A stretch of 64,000 bases of DNA, taken from contig OX597816.1 of NCBI GenBank assembly GCA_951406725.2, positions 95,294,001 through 95,358,000 of the forward strand, in the 5' to 3' direction. The position numbers were made by a program, and so were the translations under genes. The notes below the pieces were generated by a model, which was given only the letters and a program-made list of their open reading frames with translations, was not told the origin of the DNA and ran no database searches. The DNA comes from Octopus vulgaris (lineage: Eukaryota). Positions 38,375 through 52,498 of this stretch are shown here, in pieces (positions within the stretch are counted from its first letter, which is position 1; each line of letters begins with the position of its first letter).

Positions 38375-38444
<70 letters not shown>

Positions 38445-41400
38445 GCAAGCACACATTTATAGATAACGAGATCGATACGTATGTTAATTGATTAATAGGT
38501 ATGCCTGTGGCTGGATAACAGTTAGGATGTAGGAAAAATCTAGAGGTAGACGTTTAAAAGATTTCTATCCTCTGGGGATATACTTATAAACGAGGAAAAT
38601 ATATTTATTGGAAAAGTGGCTGACTTGGGTGCACTGACTGTGGTGTTAGTAGTGAAAGCATTGCAGCAGCAGTGAGAGTGGCCACTTTAGTTTTGATGCT
38701 ATTGTTGTCATTAATGGTAATGGTGATGATTGTTCCTTGGAATTACTAAGTAGCTTAACTCCCAAGGTGAATTTTGAATTAAAAAACGACGATGAAAATG
38801 GAATTTTGGTAATATTTTTAGATTTCTTAACAAAAAAATTGTTTGCTAAAAATAGAGATGTACACTGTTTAACCTTTACAACAATCAATCGTGCAAACTT
38901 CTCTGAACTCATTTTATTTTATGTATTCCGACCACCCTCTATAAAAGATTCCATCCAAAGCATTTATTTCAATTTCAGTATTCAATCTCTTTTGTGATTT
39001 CTTTGCAATTTAATGTATCAACACATGTTGATCATGATGATAGAAACTCGATGGCTGAATTAGATTAAGAATTAAGACTGCTTTCCATAGATAATGAGTT
39101 CAAATACATTAAAAATATTCCATAACACTTCTAGACAGAACACTTTATTGCTATAAAGTAAAAGAGAACATATATATTGATATTTTTGTAACCAATAATG
39201 TGTTACGTCGATTGAAAACAATGCCTCTACAGCATGCTCGTGGACAGAAAATGAGGGAACTCTTCGACCCCTGTGCTCGTTTATTGATACAAAGTGTCTC
39301 TAGTTTGAAGAATGTGTAATATTATCAAACGCTTTTTGGTAATCAATTCATACCATATTAAAATTTGTTTCTGTAAAACTTTTGTATTCTATAACAGTCA
39401 GATTCATCAATAGCCACCCCTTGTAACTCTCTCCGACACCTTTCTGTTTTTACAGTAGGTATCATTGTTCTCTTGCAGAAGAGTCAGACTGTTGTGCATG
39501 AATAGCTTTGTAAATTGTTGGCACTTCCCCCCCCCAGAAAATATTGTCTTATAGTTTTGTGAATGTCTGCAGTTACTTTTGCTTTTACGAAATTATGATT
39601 GTTTCTCGTTAATTAACCATCTAGACATTTATTCAGGTGGAATTATCAGTTAATTGAATGCTTCTATTACAAACTTGTGAGTACTGGTCAAGAACTTCAT
39701 TTAGTTAATCGCGAGAGTTCTCACGTCGTTTGCAGCCTTTAAAGTATCGGTACACGCCCTTGCCGGCTCCAGAGGGCGTTGCTTGTGACACTTTAATATT
39801 TTTATATGGTTTCTCACTCATTGTGATTGTTTAATTGTTTATTCATTCTGCTGAACATTTTTGTTTCGGATTTCGTTCCACTTGGCTTGAATTGCGTTCA
39901 TGCAGTTTATTCTATGATTTATGACTTCTTTTGATGTTCCGTTTAAAATTCAATTCAGTTAACTTCTCATTGAAGCTTATATATTTCTAAGTCTTATTCT
40001 GCATACTTCTGCGAACAATGTCTGCTTAAGTCTTCCCTTTGATTTTAAAGTGTATCCTCTGTATATTGATGCTATATATATAATTATTTCGATCCTTTTT
40101 ATCTTTTTCATATTGGACTCTTTCTTTTTCCTGCCCTCCAGTTATATGTAGTTTATTTTAAGACCAATTTGTTAATTTTTTGCCGAATACAGTTATATAC
40201 TGTAATAAGACAAAACTTGCTTTCCCTTAATATTAACCTGCTGTTGAGTAGAATAGATCATTTATGCCATTCTTATTGTTCATTTTGCTTAGCTCAACCC
40301 TGATTAATTAGATATACGATCAAATCTGTTCCAGTTGATCATCTTTTTGAAGATATAGTTTTGGTGTAGCTGGTGGAATGTTTGACTTAGAATGACTTTA
40401 GACATTGACTCCAGCTTTCGCTGAATGAATTCAAATCCGATGGCAATGTTTCTTTCATGTTTTTCGACAGTTCATTGGAATCTGCATTGGTTTAACTTAC
40501 TTAGATATAATAATCATATAATAGTATAAAGATGGAGTTTGTTTCTTCTGTAGTATTTAAAGATTAGACTGCCATAGTTGATATCTTACATATTAATCTT
40601 TGAATATCACGAAAAGAAGTTTATAACTACATCAGTAATCAGCGACGGTGTAGCAACTATTTACGTCTTAACAGCTTATCAGATATTCTGATCCCTGGTA
40701 GTTGTTGGTTTTATTAAAATGTAATACGTGCTTGCCAGTATTATAAATAATAATCAATATTACATTGATCGATATTACTTTTTCAATTTGCAAGTTTCAC
40801 CAAATTCTTTTCATTTCGTATCTCATTAAATTCACTTGATTTTTATGTTGAGGCCAAATTCGTTCCAAAGAACTCAAAGATGTACACGTCTATAGATCTA
40901 AAGGAATAATAGTTATTCCCTGGCAGAATTTCCACCACTTTGCATAGATTGCTGATTGAATCCTTTCCAAATATGCATTTGAAGAGCCCTGTATTAACTC
41001 TAGTCATATCGATCAATAGATCTTGTATAATTTTGTTTGTTTGGCCTGATGTTGTTTTGATTGTATTAAATGTATTGATTAAATACTTTATTTCGTTCTA
41101 CTCCTACATAGAATATTTTCTTATTTCTTGAGAAAGATAGACTAACTGTATTGGAAATAACAACGTAAAATTTCAGAAACCTTTATAAAAAGATTAAGAA
41201 CTAAAGACTAAGAGGATAACAGGAAATGGAAAAGAAGGAAAGTAAATATGCGCTCGAATAATGTGCAAATTAAAATAGTATAAAGTTGTCTTCACAAACT
41301 CATAAGACTGGATGCTGAATAAGTTGCAGTTATTTATAAATAAATAGTAAAAAATATAAAAAGCAAAGCGTATATCTGATAGTAGTCAGTTATAAAGTAT

Positions 41401-41922
41401 ATTAGATATATATATAGAGAAGACGAGTGGTGGAAAAATTGAGAATTACAGAGAAGAAAAGAAATCAAGGAATGAATGAATAGAGTGGCAACTATTCAAA
41501 GATTACTAGAAATACATAAGTATTTTCTGACGCTGTGAGCCATTCGTGCCAATTGGCTAAGTGATCCAGACGAACAGGTCTGCAGTCAAGATTGCTTCCG
41601 AGAGGATGTAAGTTTGGCAAGATATCTCAATAACAACTCCATTTTCTGGTATTTCTTCAACAGTTTTTTTTTCCAGTAAAGGTATTCCCAGTACGAAGGC
41701 AAATGCATTCCAATTGAAAGCGTTTTATAAAAGCTCTTTTGTGAATAATGCAATAAATGCTTTCAAACTATCAACTATATTCGATATGCTATGATATTTG
41801 TATAGATATGCTCAAGGTATTGGTAACTATGTTGCTAAATTGACAATATATATATATAAATATATACGCGCGCGCGTGTGCGCGTGTGCGTCCGTCTGTG
41901 TGTGAGCGTACGCGCGTGTGTA

Positions 41923-42138
41923 GACGCATGGCGTAGTGGATAGGGTCTTTTACTCATGACCTTAAAATTGTGGTTTTGATTCCTGTATTTGATTCCGTTG
42001 AGTTGTATTCTTCACGTTGCTCCAAGAATTAGTAACCCTGTTACAAAGCGGTGTACTGTCCAGAGATGCTGGAATATATACGCTACAGAACCCAGGGAAT
42101 CAGCCTTATGAGCCTACGGCTCGGAAAGGACCTTTGAT
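41923..42138 (+). mobile_element. tRNA-derived SINE family B
   Basis: A-box-like TGGCGTAGTGG, B-box-like GGTTTTGATTCC, tail similar to 20506-20615. Confidence 0.65.
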
Positions 42139-43045
42139 CCACCTAAAATGTTTTTGAAATATCGAGTTAAAAAAGCTTTCGACTTATTTTATATAAAGTA
42201 ATATTTTCAAGTCAATTTGCATATTATTATTTATAGGTTTATCAAGTTCGAATTTCTGTGTTCTAAAAAAGATTTATTTCGTGTTCTCGAAGTTTTTCAA
42301 TGCGTACTTAAAAGTAATTTTAACGACTTTAGGAATAACTAACATCCAATATAATAATTCATATTTCAGAATTGGTTGTTTTCATCATAAGCAGACATTG
42401 AGAAAAAAATGATTTGATAGCTACTAAGTGGTTCTAACTGAATTCTATATGTACATGGCAAATGGCTTATTTTCTGGTAAAGTGCATTTGTATACGCATG
42501 CGTGCTTTTCTGTATGTGCGAGAATGTATGCATTTCAATGTGTGTGAACGCGTGTGTGTACGCATGTGCGTGAGTATCTGTGTGTGTTTGCGTATGTGCG
42601 TGTCCGTATTTGTGTGTGTTTGTGTGCGTGTATGTGCGCGTGGGCATGCGCGTGTGCGTCTCACGCTAGGATTTATGCCTGTGTCTGTATTGTTTCAGAG
42701 GATGTATTATTGGAGAGGATGTATTAGTGAGAAAAATATTAATTATATTTATTTATATGTGTCAAGTTATTCTATTTCTCTCACTGCCACCCTCTCTTTC
42801 TATCATTCTATCTATCTTTATTTTTCTGTCTATCTATGTGTGTGGGTGAGCATATGTGTGTGTTTGTGTATGTCTGGTACATGAATAAACTTGTATCAAA
42901 CATAACTATTCCATGCATGAATTTTGTATATGTTTATGGATATGTATATATGGACACAGACACATACACAAACACATGCATATATATATATATATATACA
43001 TATATGCACACTTCCATATACATACATACATATATGTGTATATTC

Positions 43046-43086
<41 letters not shown>

Positions 43087-43138
43087 TGCATATATGTATA
43101 TGTAAGTATGTATGAAACATACATACATATATGTGTAT

Positions 43139-43192
<54 letters not shown>

Positions 43193-43668
43193 ATGTGTTT
43201 GTGTGTATATGAGTCCATATGTGTTGTATACATGCATATGTATAAGAAAAAAGTGGCAAAAAGAAATATTCTCTTGAAAATATCCGGATGGACACAGAAC
43301 GTCTGAAAGCGCACCACATCTGACTTCGTTGACATTTCACAAACACTCACTTACTTGCTTTTTGCAATTGATTTAATGCCAACGATTCATTTAATGAGGC
43401 TTCAGTAATGATGGAAAATTGATCTCAGAACGCAAGTAGCCTAAATACATATCGAAAGGCATCTCCGTCTTATGGTTTAACAGTTAAAGATGCACGCATC
43501 ATTCTGGTTTCTTATTAATTCACTCCCGAAAAGATGCAGCAGGCTTGATAATTGTTGAGAGATTTCTCTCGATATGAAACGAACTGTAGCCTTGTTAACC
43601 CACAAAAAAAAAACATGATCCACGAATGCGGTGTTGAGCACTCATTCACTCTATTCGATATCAACGTT

Positions 43669-43754
<86 letters not shown>

Positions 43755-43764
43755 ACTCTCCCGT

Positions 43765-43965
43765 TCGTCAATTTCTTCCCGAACAACCGCACAGAAGATT
43801 GGTTTGTGTAGACATAAGCTCACTCCCTCCATCAGATCGACAGATGTAGCGGGTGCCACATGTCAGATGCCGAAATGATCGCAGAACAACGTGAATATGA
43901 AGTGCTTTGCTCAAGAACACTAAGTCATGCGCCTTCACACGCACCCATTTCCCCCCACACACATT
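43765..43965 (-). mobile_element. tRNA-derived SINE, internally deleted
   Basis: Minus strand GAAGGCGCATGACTTAGTG|TTCTTGAGCAAAGCACTTCATATTCACGTTG; head and CORE-like block similar to 34310-34370 and 50675-50770. Confidence 0.5.
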
Positions 43966-44424
43966 GTAATGTTGATAATATTCTCTATAAGTACCCGAAG
44001 TTTTTTTCTGATCAGCGATTGTTGGCAAATGACAGATATGAACCTCACCACTACATCAAATATTTATACACATGTTCCGTACTGGGTATTTCTACTTTTG
44101 GTTCTAAATTTAAACGTGAATACATATACCGATACTTACAACCTATGTGTATTACATACATGTGTGTGGGGTGGGTGGGGGGTGTATGTGTCTGAGTATG
44201 TACATATGAATGTGTATAGGGTGGTACGTAACATTATCGATCCGGTCAACAATTTTTAGGAAAAACTGGCTGAGACAAATGAGTTCCTTGCTGGAAAGTA
44301 ACCTGAATTAGAGTGCTGAAGGGAAAATAAAATTTGAAAGTGAAAGAGTATGCAAGTGTAGAAAAATGCATGTATGTCAGCACGCATACTCACAAACACA
44401 CAAATACTCAAGTACGTAAATGCA

Positions 44425-44500
<76 letters not shown>

Positions 44501-45084
44501 CAATTATACATACAGGCACATATATGCGCAAACAAAAATAATATATAAGACGCACAAACTCGCGTTTGCGCAAGGACACGTTAAAACTACTAAGTGCTTA
44601 TTTTTACCGGTATATTTTCGCTTATAAATAAAACGTACAGTGAAAGGAAAAAATATTCAGGACACCGATAAAGTAGGTTATTTATCATATCGTCGAATAT
44701 AGACATACATTCACATATAAACCCACGCAATCATCAATGTTCGCACACAGGCATACAAACATAAAAATATAACATTCACATGCACATATAGCTATTGCCA
44801 TACATATACATAGTAGATAGATAATTATGAACACAGACACTACAATTTTAACTTCTATAAAAGAGATGTTTAATCTACGAGAGAGCATAATGCGTATGCA
44901 TTTATATAGATATATTTATATGAATATTGCTTGTGTGAATATACATTGATATTGTATGTGTATATATGTAGATATTGTATGTGTGTGTATACAGATACTC
45001 ACTCAAACATACATATAGATATACATAATGCAAACTATACATATATATGTGTATGTGTGTGTATAAATGGAGTTCTTTTATTCC

Positions 45085-45775
45085 AAACACTCATGTTCTT
45101 GCATCTGTAGGCATCACCTCAATCAAAGCTATGATTTTGAGACACCAAATGAGATGGGGTGGCCATATTGTTCGAATGGCGGATGAGCGCATACCCAAAC
45201 AACTGTTTTATGGTGAGCTTCCAGAGGGGAAACACTATCGGCGTAAATCTAAAAAACAGTTTAAGGGCGGCATAAAGACTACTATGAGGTCACTTGGAAT
45301 GGAACCAGAGGACATAGAAGCCCTTGCTTTGGATCGAGCTGGATGGCGAACAAAAGTGTGGAGTGGAGTGAAACCGTTTGAAGAGACCAGGATAACGCAT
45401 GCAATATTCAAAAGAGATTTCAGGAAGAATGTTAGATCGAGGTGAATCACAATGAGTTTTTTGTGCGAACAGTTTGTAACAAACCATGCCTTTCTTTTGC
45501 TGTGTTCAAATCTCATTTGCAAACCCATGGAAAACGAACCTCCAACATCTATTTTGCCTATATGTCTGTGCACACATTTGAAGGCAATGTATGCCAGAAG
45601 GTTTACACATCTAACGGAGGCCTCAAAAGATATTTTAAGATCTACAAAGATCAGAACTTATCTGCAGCTCTTGATGTTTCAAATCGGATATGCAATCTAT
45701 GTGGGTGTCTTTTCAGAACATTGTCTGGTTTAAAAAGCCACATCAGATGTCATGATAGTTCTAATTGTAGATAAA
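45085..45775 (+). mobile_element. RTE-clade LINE 3' end with C-terminal C2H2-like fingers
   Basis: QMRWGGHIVRMADERIPKQLFYGEL..ALDRAGWR; then CNKPCLS..KSHLQTH, CQKVYTSNGGLKRY and CNLCGCLFRTLSGLKSHIRCH. Confidence 0.85.
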
Positions 45776-46272
45776 ATTTACGATGTTACCTTATACTACA
45801 AAATAGGAGGACAGAAAATCGAAGGCGAAAGCAATAGAACTGGAAGTAGAGAAGACATCAGTGTTACATTGAAAGTAAATGAGACGTTACTCAGCATATT
45901 TACATTGTTGTTCAGCATTTTCAAGAAAAGTTATTTTTATCCAGTTTGTATTTCACATTGATGCAAACAAGGGATGTATTCCTAAGAAGTATTATAGAAG
46001 TATTATCGTGTCCTGAGATTATGGAAACTGTTTTGTTCGGCTTCTTCCAAAATATTGGGTAATATATATCATATCATCACGCTAATTTTGGTTGATGGTG
46101 GAAATAGTTGTAGTAGAAAAAGAAGTCTACTAGGAAGAGGAAGGGGTAGAACAGGAGGAAGAGAAGGTTGGAAGGAAGCGAAACTGTCAGTATATATTCC
46201 TAAAAAGTATCATCGTGTTCTGTGAATAAGAGAAATGTTTTGTTAGAATTCTTCCAAAAATATTGGGTGGTA

Positions 46273-46487
46273 TTGGATTGTCCGGAAAGTTCGTGCCGAT
46301 TTTATAGTAGCTTACCTTTCCCAGGCACCTCAATTCTGGGAAGAGGGTATTTTCAAATTAAAGGAAAGATGGAGACGCATTGTGCAACAAAATGGTTCAT
46401 ATTTGGTTCATTAAAAACGTAATGGCAAGTATTTATTGACCTTTTTCTTTCCTTTAAAAATCGGCACGAACTTTCTGGACGACCCAA
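46273..46487 (+). mobile_element. mariner-derived MITE (internal deletion derivative) with TA target-site duplication
   Basis: TIRs TTGGATTGTCCGGAAAGTTCGTGCCGATTTT / AAAATCGGCACGAACTTTCTGGACGACCCAA; TA at 46271-72 and 46488-89; interior encodes PQFWEEGIFKLKERWRRIVQQNGSY (mariner C-terminus). Confidence 0.9.
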
Positions 46488-46894
46488 TATATACCATATT
46501 ATCACGCTAATATTGGTTGATGGTAGTAGTAGTAGTAGTAGTCATAGAAAAGAAGAAGAAGTAGAAGGAGAGGAAGAAGAAGGAAAAGAAGTGGGGAAAA
46601 AGAGGAGAAGGGAGAAGAGGAGGATAAGCAGGAGTGGGAAAAGAGAGGGCTTGAAAGGAAGCAACGGCTACAAAACTGCCGGTTCGTTTATGGAGTTTTA
46701 TGTAGAGAAATGTGAACTTATTGTCATGTACGTAGGCATTACACTGCAGCGTTAAAATATGGTAAGAAATTTATAGGTTGTACATCTATGTAATGTAATG
46801 CATCAAAATAAATGTGTGTGTGTGTGTGTGCATGCGTGTGTGCATGTGTGTGTGTGTGTGTGTGCGTGCGTGTGAATATCTACGTGTGAGTGTG

Positions 46895-47027
46895 AATGTG
46901 CATCCTATTGCCATCACTCTGAAGCAGGAATCGGTTGACAGCATATACTACGTATTCGTTGTTTTAGGTGCTTGTAGTTGGCAGACATTGGCAATCACTG
47001 GACCCTGAGATAGAGATAGATAGATAG

Positions 47028-47071
<44 letters not shown>

Positions 47072-47228
47072 TGAGAGAGAGGGGCAGTAACACTCGGTAG
47101 GTACTCATTTTAGTTGAATAGACTGGGACAACTTTGTTTTGAAGAATTAAGCCCACATTCCGCTCCAGATATCGAAACCACAATCTTACGAATGCAAGCC
47201 CAAGATTCTCTGGACTAGGTCACGCAGT
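46895..47228 (-). mobile_element. tRNA-derived SINE with internal (GA)n/(GATA)n
   Basis: Minus head GCGTGACCTAGT..GTGGTTTCGATATC (A/B-box-like) and CCCAGTCTATTCAACTAAAATGAGTACC block. Confidence 0.55.
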
Positions 47229-47339
47229 TACACACACACAAAAACACACATCAATATATACGTATACACATATGTTTGTACACACTCGTACAGACAGACA
47301 CAGACACACGTACACATACACATACACACACATATAATT

Positions 47340-47500
47340 CAAGTTTACTGAAAACAAAAGACGAAGACAGGTGAAGGAACAACCAGAAAGTGCATTAGTT
47401 TAACGCTCGGGAAGAATAGAAAAGTCTTTGACGTTTCGAACCTAGGCTCTTCAACGGATAGGATTAAGAGGAGAAAGAAAACAGAGAGAGAAAAAAATTT
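47340..47500 (-). repeat. Pseudo-LTR-like repeat family C, copy 3
   Basis: Homologous to 24428-24618; minus strand reads CCGTTGA AGAGCCTAGGTTC GAAAC GTC AAAG. Confidence 0.7.
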
Positions 47501-47536
47501 GCATGGATTAAGGGTTCAGCAAGATGAAAAACAGAT

Positions 47537-47578
<42 letters not shown>

Positions 47579-48944
47579 ACACATATACATACACACATAT
47601 ATACATACACACATACACAATTGCATATATTTATATGCACATGCTCAATTACACTCATATATAAGCATGCATATATATACACGTATAGACTCATATACTC
47701 ACACAAACATCCTCAAATATGTATACATATACTCGATCTTCCAACTATGTGTACAACCGGGAATTACGCTTTAACGAATGATCGCTATATCTGTTGGTCA
47801 GTTTATCCTTCAGTATGTCAAGCTAACAGTCAATCTATTTGTATCATTTTTGTAGTATATTCATGACTGTCAAAACCACCAATCAATAAGTATATTGATA
47901 TATCCGTATATCGGTCTAATGGACCATATAATTAACTTTCTGTCTTACAGTAATGGTACCGCTTTCTATACCCGTGTACGATAGGTCTGTAGGTATGTGA
48001 GTGTGCGCCTGGATGTGTGAATGTGTCCGTTATAGACTTATGTGTTATTGTGCATGTATAGCAGTAGCGTGTATTGTTTGTGAAATGAATTTGAGTGTAA
48101 TGTGTAAGTGGTGTGTTATGACTGGGTGGAAGTATGTGTAAGGGGAGATAAGGTGAAATTATGTGTGTGTATGTTTATAGGTTTAAGGTGATATTCTATG
48201 CGTATCAGTGTATATGTGTATTTGTACTGTATGCGTTTCCGTGTCTGGAAATCATGCTGCCAAGAATTCACAACGACGTCGAACCCACAAAAGTAAACAA
48301 GAGAGGCAGAGACAGGCAGAAAGAAGGAAAATGCCCCTTGTATTTGTATACTATGCACATATTCTTTTAAAAAGCTTTTCACTTAATTTTTCCAAAATTT
48401 AATTGTTTTCCGTACATACAGTTGAAACATGTCTCAATGACCGAAACCGGTACTGAAATGGTTTTTATAAAATTATTTTATCATTTTCTACTTTTACTTT
48501 TTTCCATAGTTAAAATTACCCTACTACTAAAATGTAAACTTATTTGAGCTTATAATTTTGTGTGTATATATATACAGATACAATACCAATATTCAACTGA
48601 ACTTTAATAATTCTTTCTGGAAACTGTCTTTAACATTTTCTTAAGAATGTAATCTTTTGTGCCCAATATTTTAATGAACTTGTTAAACTTTTTTATAATT
48701 TCCCAAGATTTTCCCTTGTAAACTGTTCTTAACATGTTCTTATTATCAAAGAATGTATACGTATATTGTAATATTTTGTGACAACCAGTATCTAACACAA
48801 TCAAGCTTTTACATGTTACTTTTTCTAAGAAAAGTGAAACCAGTCAAGTAAATAAACATCTTTTAAAATTGCATTTTCAAACCTTTCTTCCATATATAAT
48901 TCCACTCGTGCGGTACCTTACAACTCCACTTTGTTACATATATA

Positions 48945-48998
<54 letters not shown>

Positions 48999-49001
48999 TA
49001 T

Positions 49002-49425
49002 TGTATTGGCATCCTTTCTGTCTCGGGAGACAATGGAGTTGCGCATTTTTTTTTTTTTTTTCTAGGTCCAGTCCGGCTGTTATATTCTATTTCCTGTTAC
49101 ATTTCTTGCTGTGGCTGTGTAGTCCTATCCTGGACAAACACTCCCTCTGGCAGGTACTGCAAATGTAGCGAAGACTGTTCCTGGCTGATTGTAGTGCCAT
49201 GGTCTCTTGTTTATGTCTCTTCCTTTCTTTCCATTTCTCCCTCTCTTTCTGTCACTCCTCTGTATACCCTCTTTTACTGTACGTCGCCATTCTCCACGGT
49301 TGCCGGCGACTGCCTCCCAACCGCTAATGTTGATGTTGCAGGCCTTCATATCCCTTTTGCAAACATCCTTGTAACGCAAGATCGGTCTACCCACAGACCT
49401 AGTACCCCTAGCAAGCTCTCCGTAG
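49002..49425 (-). mobile_element. RTE-clade LINE 3' end (second family)
   Basis: YGELARGTRSVGRPILRYKDVCKRDMK..WE..A.NRGEWR; CSTCQRECLSRIGLHSHSKKC; tail CCATTGTCTCCCGAGACAGAAAGGATGCC. Confidence 0.85.
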
Positions 49426-49673
49426 TGTATATATATGTGTGTGTCTGTGTGTGTGTGGTGTGTGTCCATCATGTTGGTGTGTTTTTGTCACTGTAACTTA
49501 GCAGTTCGGCAAAAGAGGCCTATAGAATAAGTAGTAGGCTTACAAAGAGTAAGTCTTGGGGTCGATTTGGTGCTCCAGCAATACCGCAGTCAAATGACCG
49601 AAACAAATAAAAGAATGAAACAATATACATACGCACAAATATATACATGCGTGTATATGAGAGAAAACACAGA

Positions 49674-50059
49674 AAAAACGTGTGTACCTATGTGTATGTA
49701 TGTGCATGAGTGTGTTTTATGTGTATACATACATACAAACATATGTGTGTGTGTGTGTACATATGTAATCATATATTTACGTATATATATTTGCATACAT
49801 ATAATGGCAATACTGAATATTATAATTTTTTTTTGAAAGAGAATCACTTACACTGAGTTACCCCATTGAAAACCTTAATAGAGAAATTTCCTCTAAGTGA
49901 TTCTCTTTCAAAAAAAATATTATAATATTCAGTATTACCACTATATATATGCAAATAAATGTACGTAAATATATATGGTTACATATATACAGACACAGAC
50001 ACATTTGTATGTATGTATACACACAAAACACACGCACACATATAGTCACACGCGTTTTT
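49674..50059. repeat. Diverged inverted repeat (arms about 170 bp, 43-bp spacer)
   Basis: TACTGAATATTATAATTTTTTTTTGAAAGAGAATCACTTA (to 49850) pairs with TAAGTGATTCTCTTTCAAAAAAAATATTATAATATTCAGTA (from 49894); similarity continues outward. Confidence 0.85.
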
Positions 50060-50671
50060 GTATGTATGTATATATAATTCATGCTGCAGAATATATTTTT
50101 AATTTCCTTCTCTCTCTTTGTCTCTTTCATTCTCTCCCACCCACTCTTACAAAGTAAATGTACAACCAATATGATACTGGCTTACAATACAACCTCACTA
50201 AATATTTGTGAAACTCTTTACGTAGCATAAGTCATTTGATATGAATATATGCTACCTTAAGTTCGCAAGATTTTAGGCCCTGAACGCAAACTTTGAACAC
50301 GTATCTTTTGTATGCGCGCACACGTAATCACACACATGCACACACATGTAGAGAAAGAGATAGAGAAAGTGGTAGAGACTGAGAATTGTTAAATATATTT
50401 CTAATTTTAATTCAACTCTTTCTAAATCATAAAAAAATAAATTAAAAAGATTAATTTTTACAAATTATTTTAATCAAATTTTTATCAGATATTCCTATTT
50501 AACTTCAGTTACCATAGTTTCTTTTTAAATTTTGACCATCGTGCATATATCTCTGAGTATTTTGTAAAGTCTGGAGACATACCTAAACTGCTTCATCTAA
50601 AAATTCTAATAAAGCAAATATTACTAACAAGATAAATTCAGATTGCCAATTTTAAAAAGATATATTGTGCG

Positions 50672-50950
50672 AAAGCGCATAACCTTGTGGTTAGAGCGTA
50701 ACACTCACAAACTTGCGATTTTCAAACTGGCAATACATTGTGCCGTTGAGCAAAATATTTCATTTCAGCCCGCCAAACTGTAAACGGGCATTCCTGCCCT
50801 GGATTAAGTTCCGTTTAGGGGAAGAATATTGGCCTGCCCGCGCTAGCCAACGTGGTAGTAATCATTCGAAAGCTACAACAATGCCAAGGTGCTCATCGTG
50901 GCCAGCGATGTTTAACATCTGATAGTTTGATCGATACAGTGATACTGTAA
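50672..50950 (+). mobile_element. Diverged tRNA-derived SINE
   Basis: GCGCATAACCTTGTGGTTAGAGCG head and TTGTGCCGTTGAGCAAAATATTTCATTTC CORE-like block. Confidence 0.55.
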
Positions 50951-51500
50951 TGTATGTACTTAATAAGAATGAATAATTTCAGCAACATCTACCTCCTTTC
51001 TGCAGAGACTTAACAAATGAGTTTATTGAACAATAGATAGCCCAATCAGAGAACTATGAAACTTTATACTTAAAGCACAGCGAGAAGCTCTAACGCAGAA
51101 GTACTCACTGGGGTGCTATACCTTATTTTGTACAAAATACATAATGATTAGACTGAAAATAATAACTACGAAATTCAACGCTTATAAAATATTCTTTGCT
51201 ATCTAATATGAGTGTTTAAAAGTTTACACTAGAATTATTTTTGAAACAGTCTAAAAGTCTGTATGTCGAATCAAATTTAGATTTGTCTAATTAATTGTCA
51301 CTTTAATTATGTCTGTACCGATGAAAAAATAATGTCATAACATTTTTCTCTAAAAATTTTAAGAGAATAAATGTAGAAATTAAATCAGATATTAAAATAT
51401 GGCGTATTATATTTAACTAACAATGAAGGAAAAACTATTAGCATAACTTCTCTACATTCTAAATAATCTGAACGATATAAAGTGAGTCACGCTGTTTGTT

Positions 51501-51737
<237 letters not shown>

Positions 51738-51940
51738 GTTTGTATGTATATAATGTATGTATATATCTGTCTGTATGTCTACCTAGCTACCAGAAGCACC
51801 CTACCCCACACTCACTTGCGTTCATACAAGCGAACACTGCTTTGATATATATATATTTCTCTAATTTATATTTTATATATTTATATTGTGAAATTCGATT
51901 TAATGCTAAATTGAATTTTTCCCTGTAAGAGTTATACTCC

Positions 51941-51971
<31 letters not shown>

Positions 51972-51976
<5 letters not shown>

Positions 51977-52498
51977 CAACAATTGAGGGTAAAATTAATT
52001 AATTAATCAATTTCACCAAGTATTCAGTATACAAAGGGACCATTTCAGGCGAATTTAAATTATTACATTATATAAAAGGGCTTAGTAAAATAAATTACTT
52101 TGCCGCATACTGAACTCATTAGAAATAGCAGCTAAAAAAACTTTTTTAAAACTATCTCCAATACTTAAAGAAAACCTCTCTCATATAGTGTTTGCTCAAT
52201 TCAACTCACGATAGTATGGGGGTAGAGACATTAAAAAATCAAATGCAAAGGTTATTTGAGAACGTACGTTTCAAGATTAGTCAAAATCGACACTTCTATC
52301 ATCAGCTCAGAACTCCCTGGTTTGGATTTGAAAACACTGAAAGTGGGAGCATACCCTTTCGGCCTGTTATCGCCTCTGAAGATCTGCTCAAAACTAACAG
52401 TGCTAGCAAATGCTAGCAAAACTAACAGTGCTATTTCTAATGAGTTCAGTATGCGGCAAAGTAATTTATTTTACTAAGCCCTTTTATATAATGTAATA

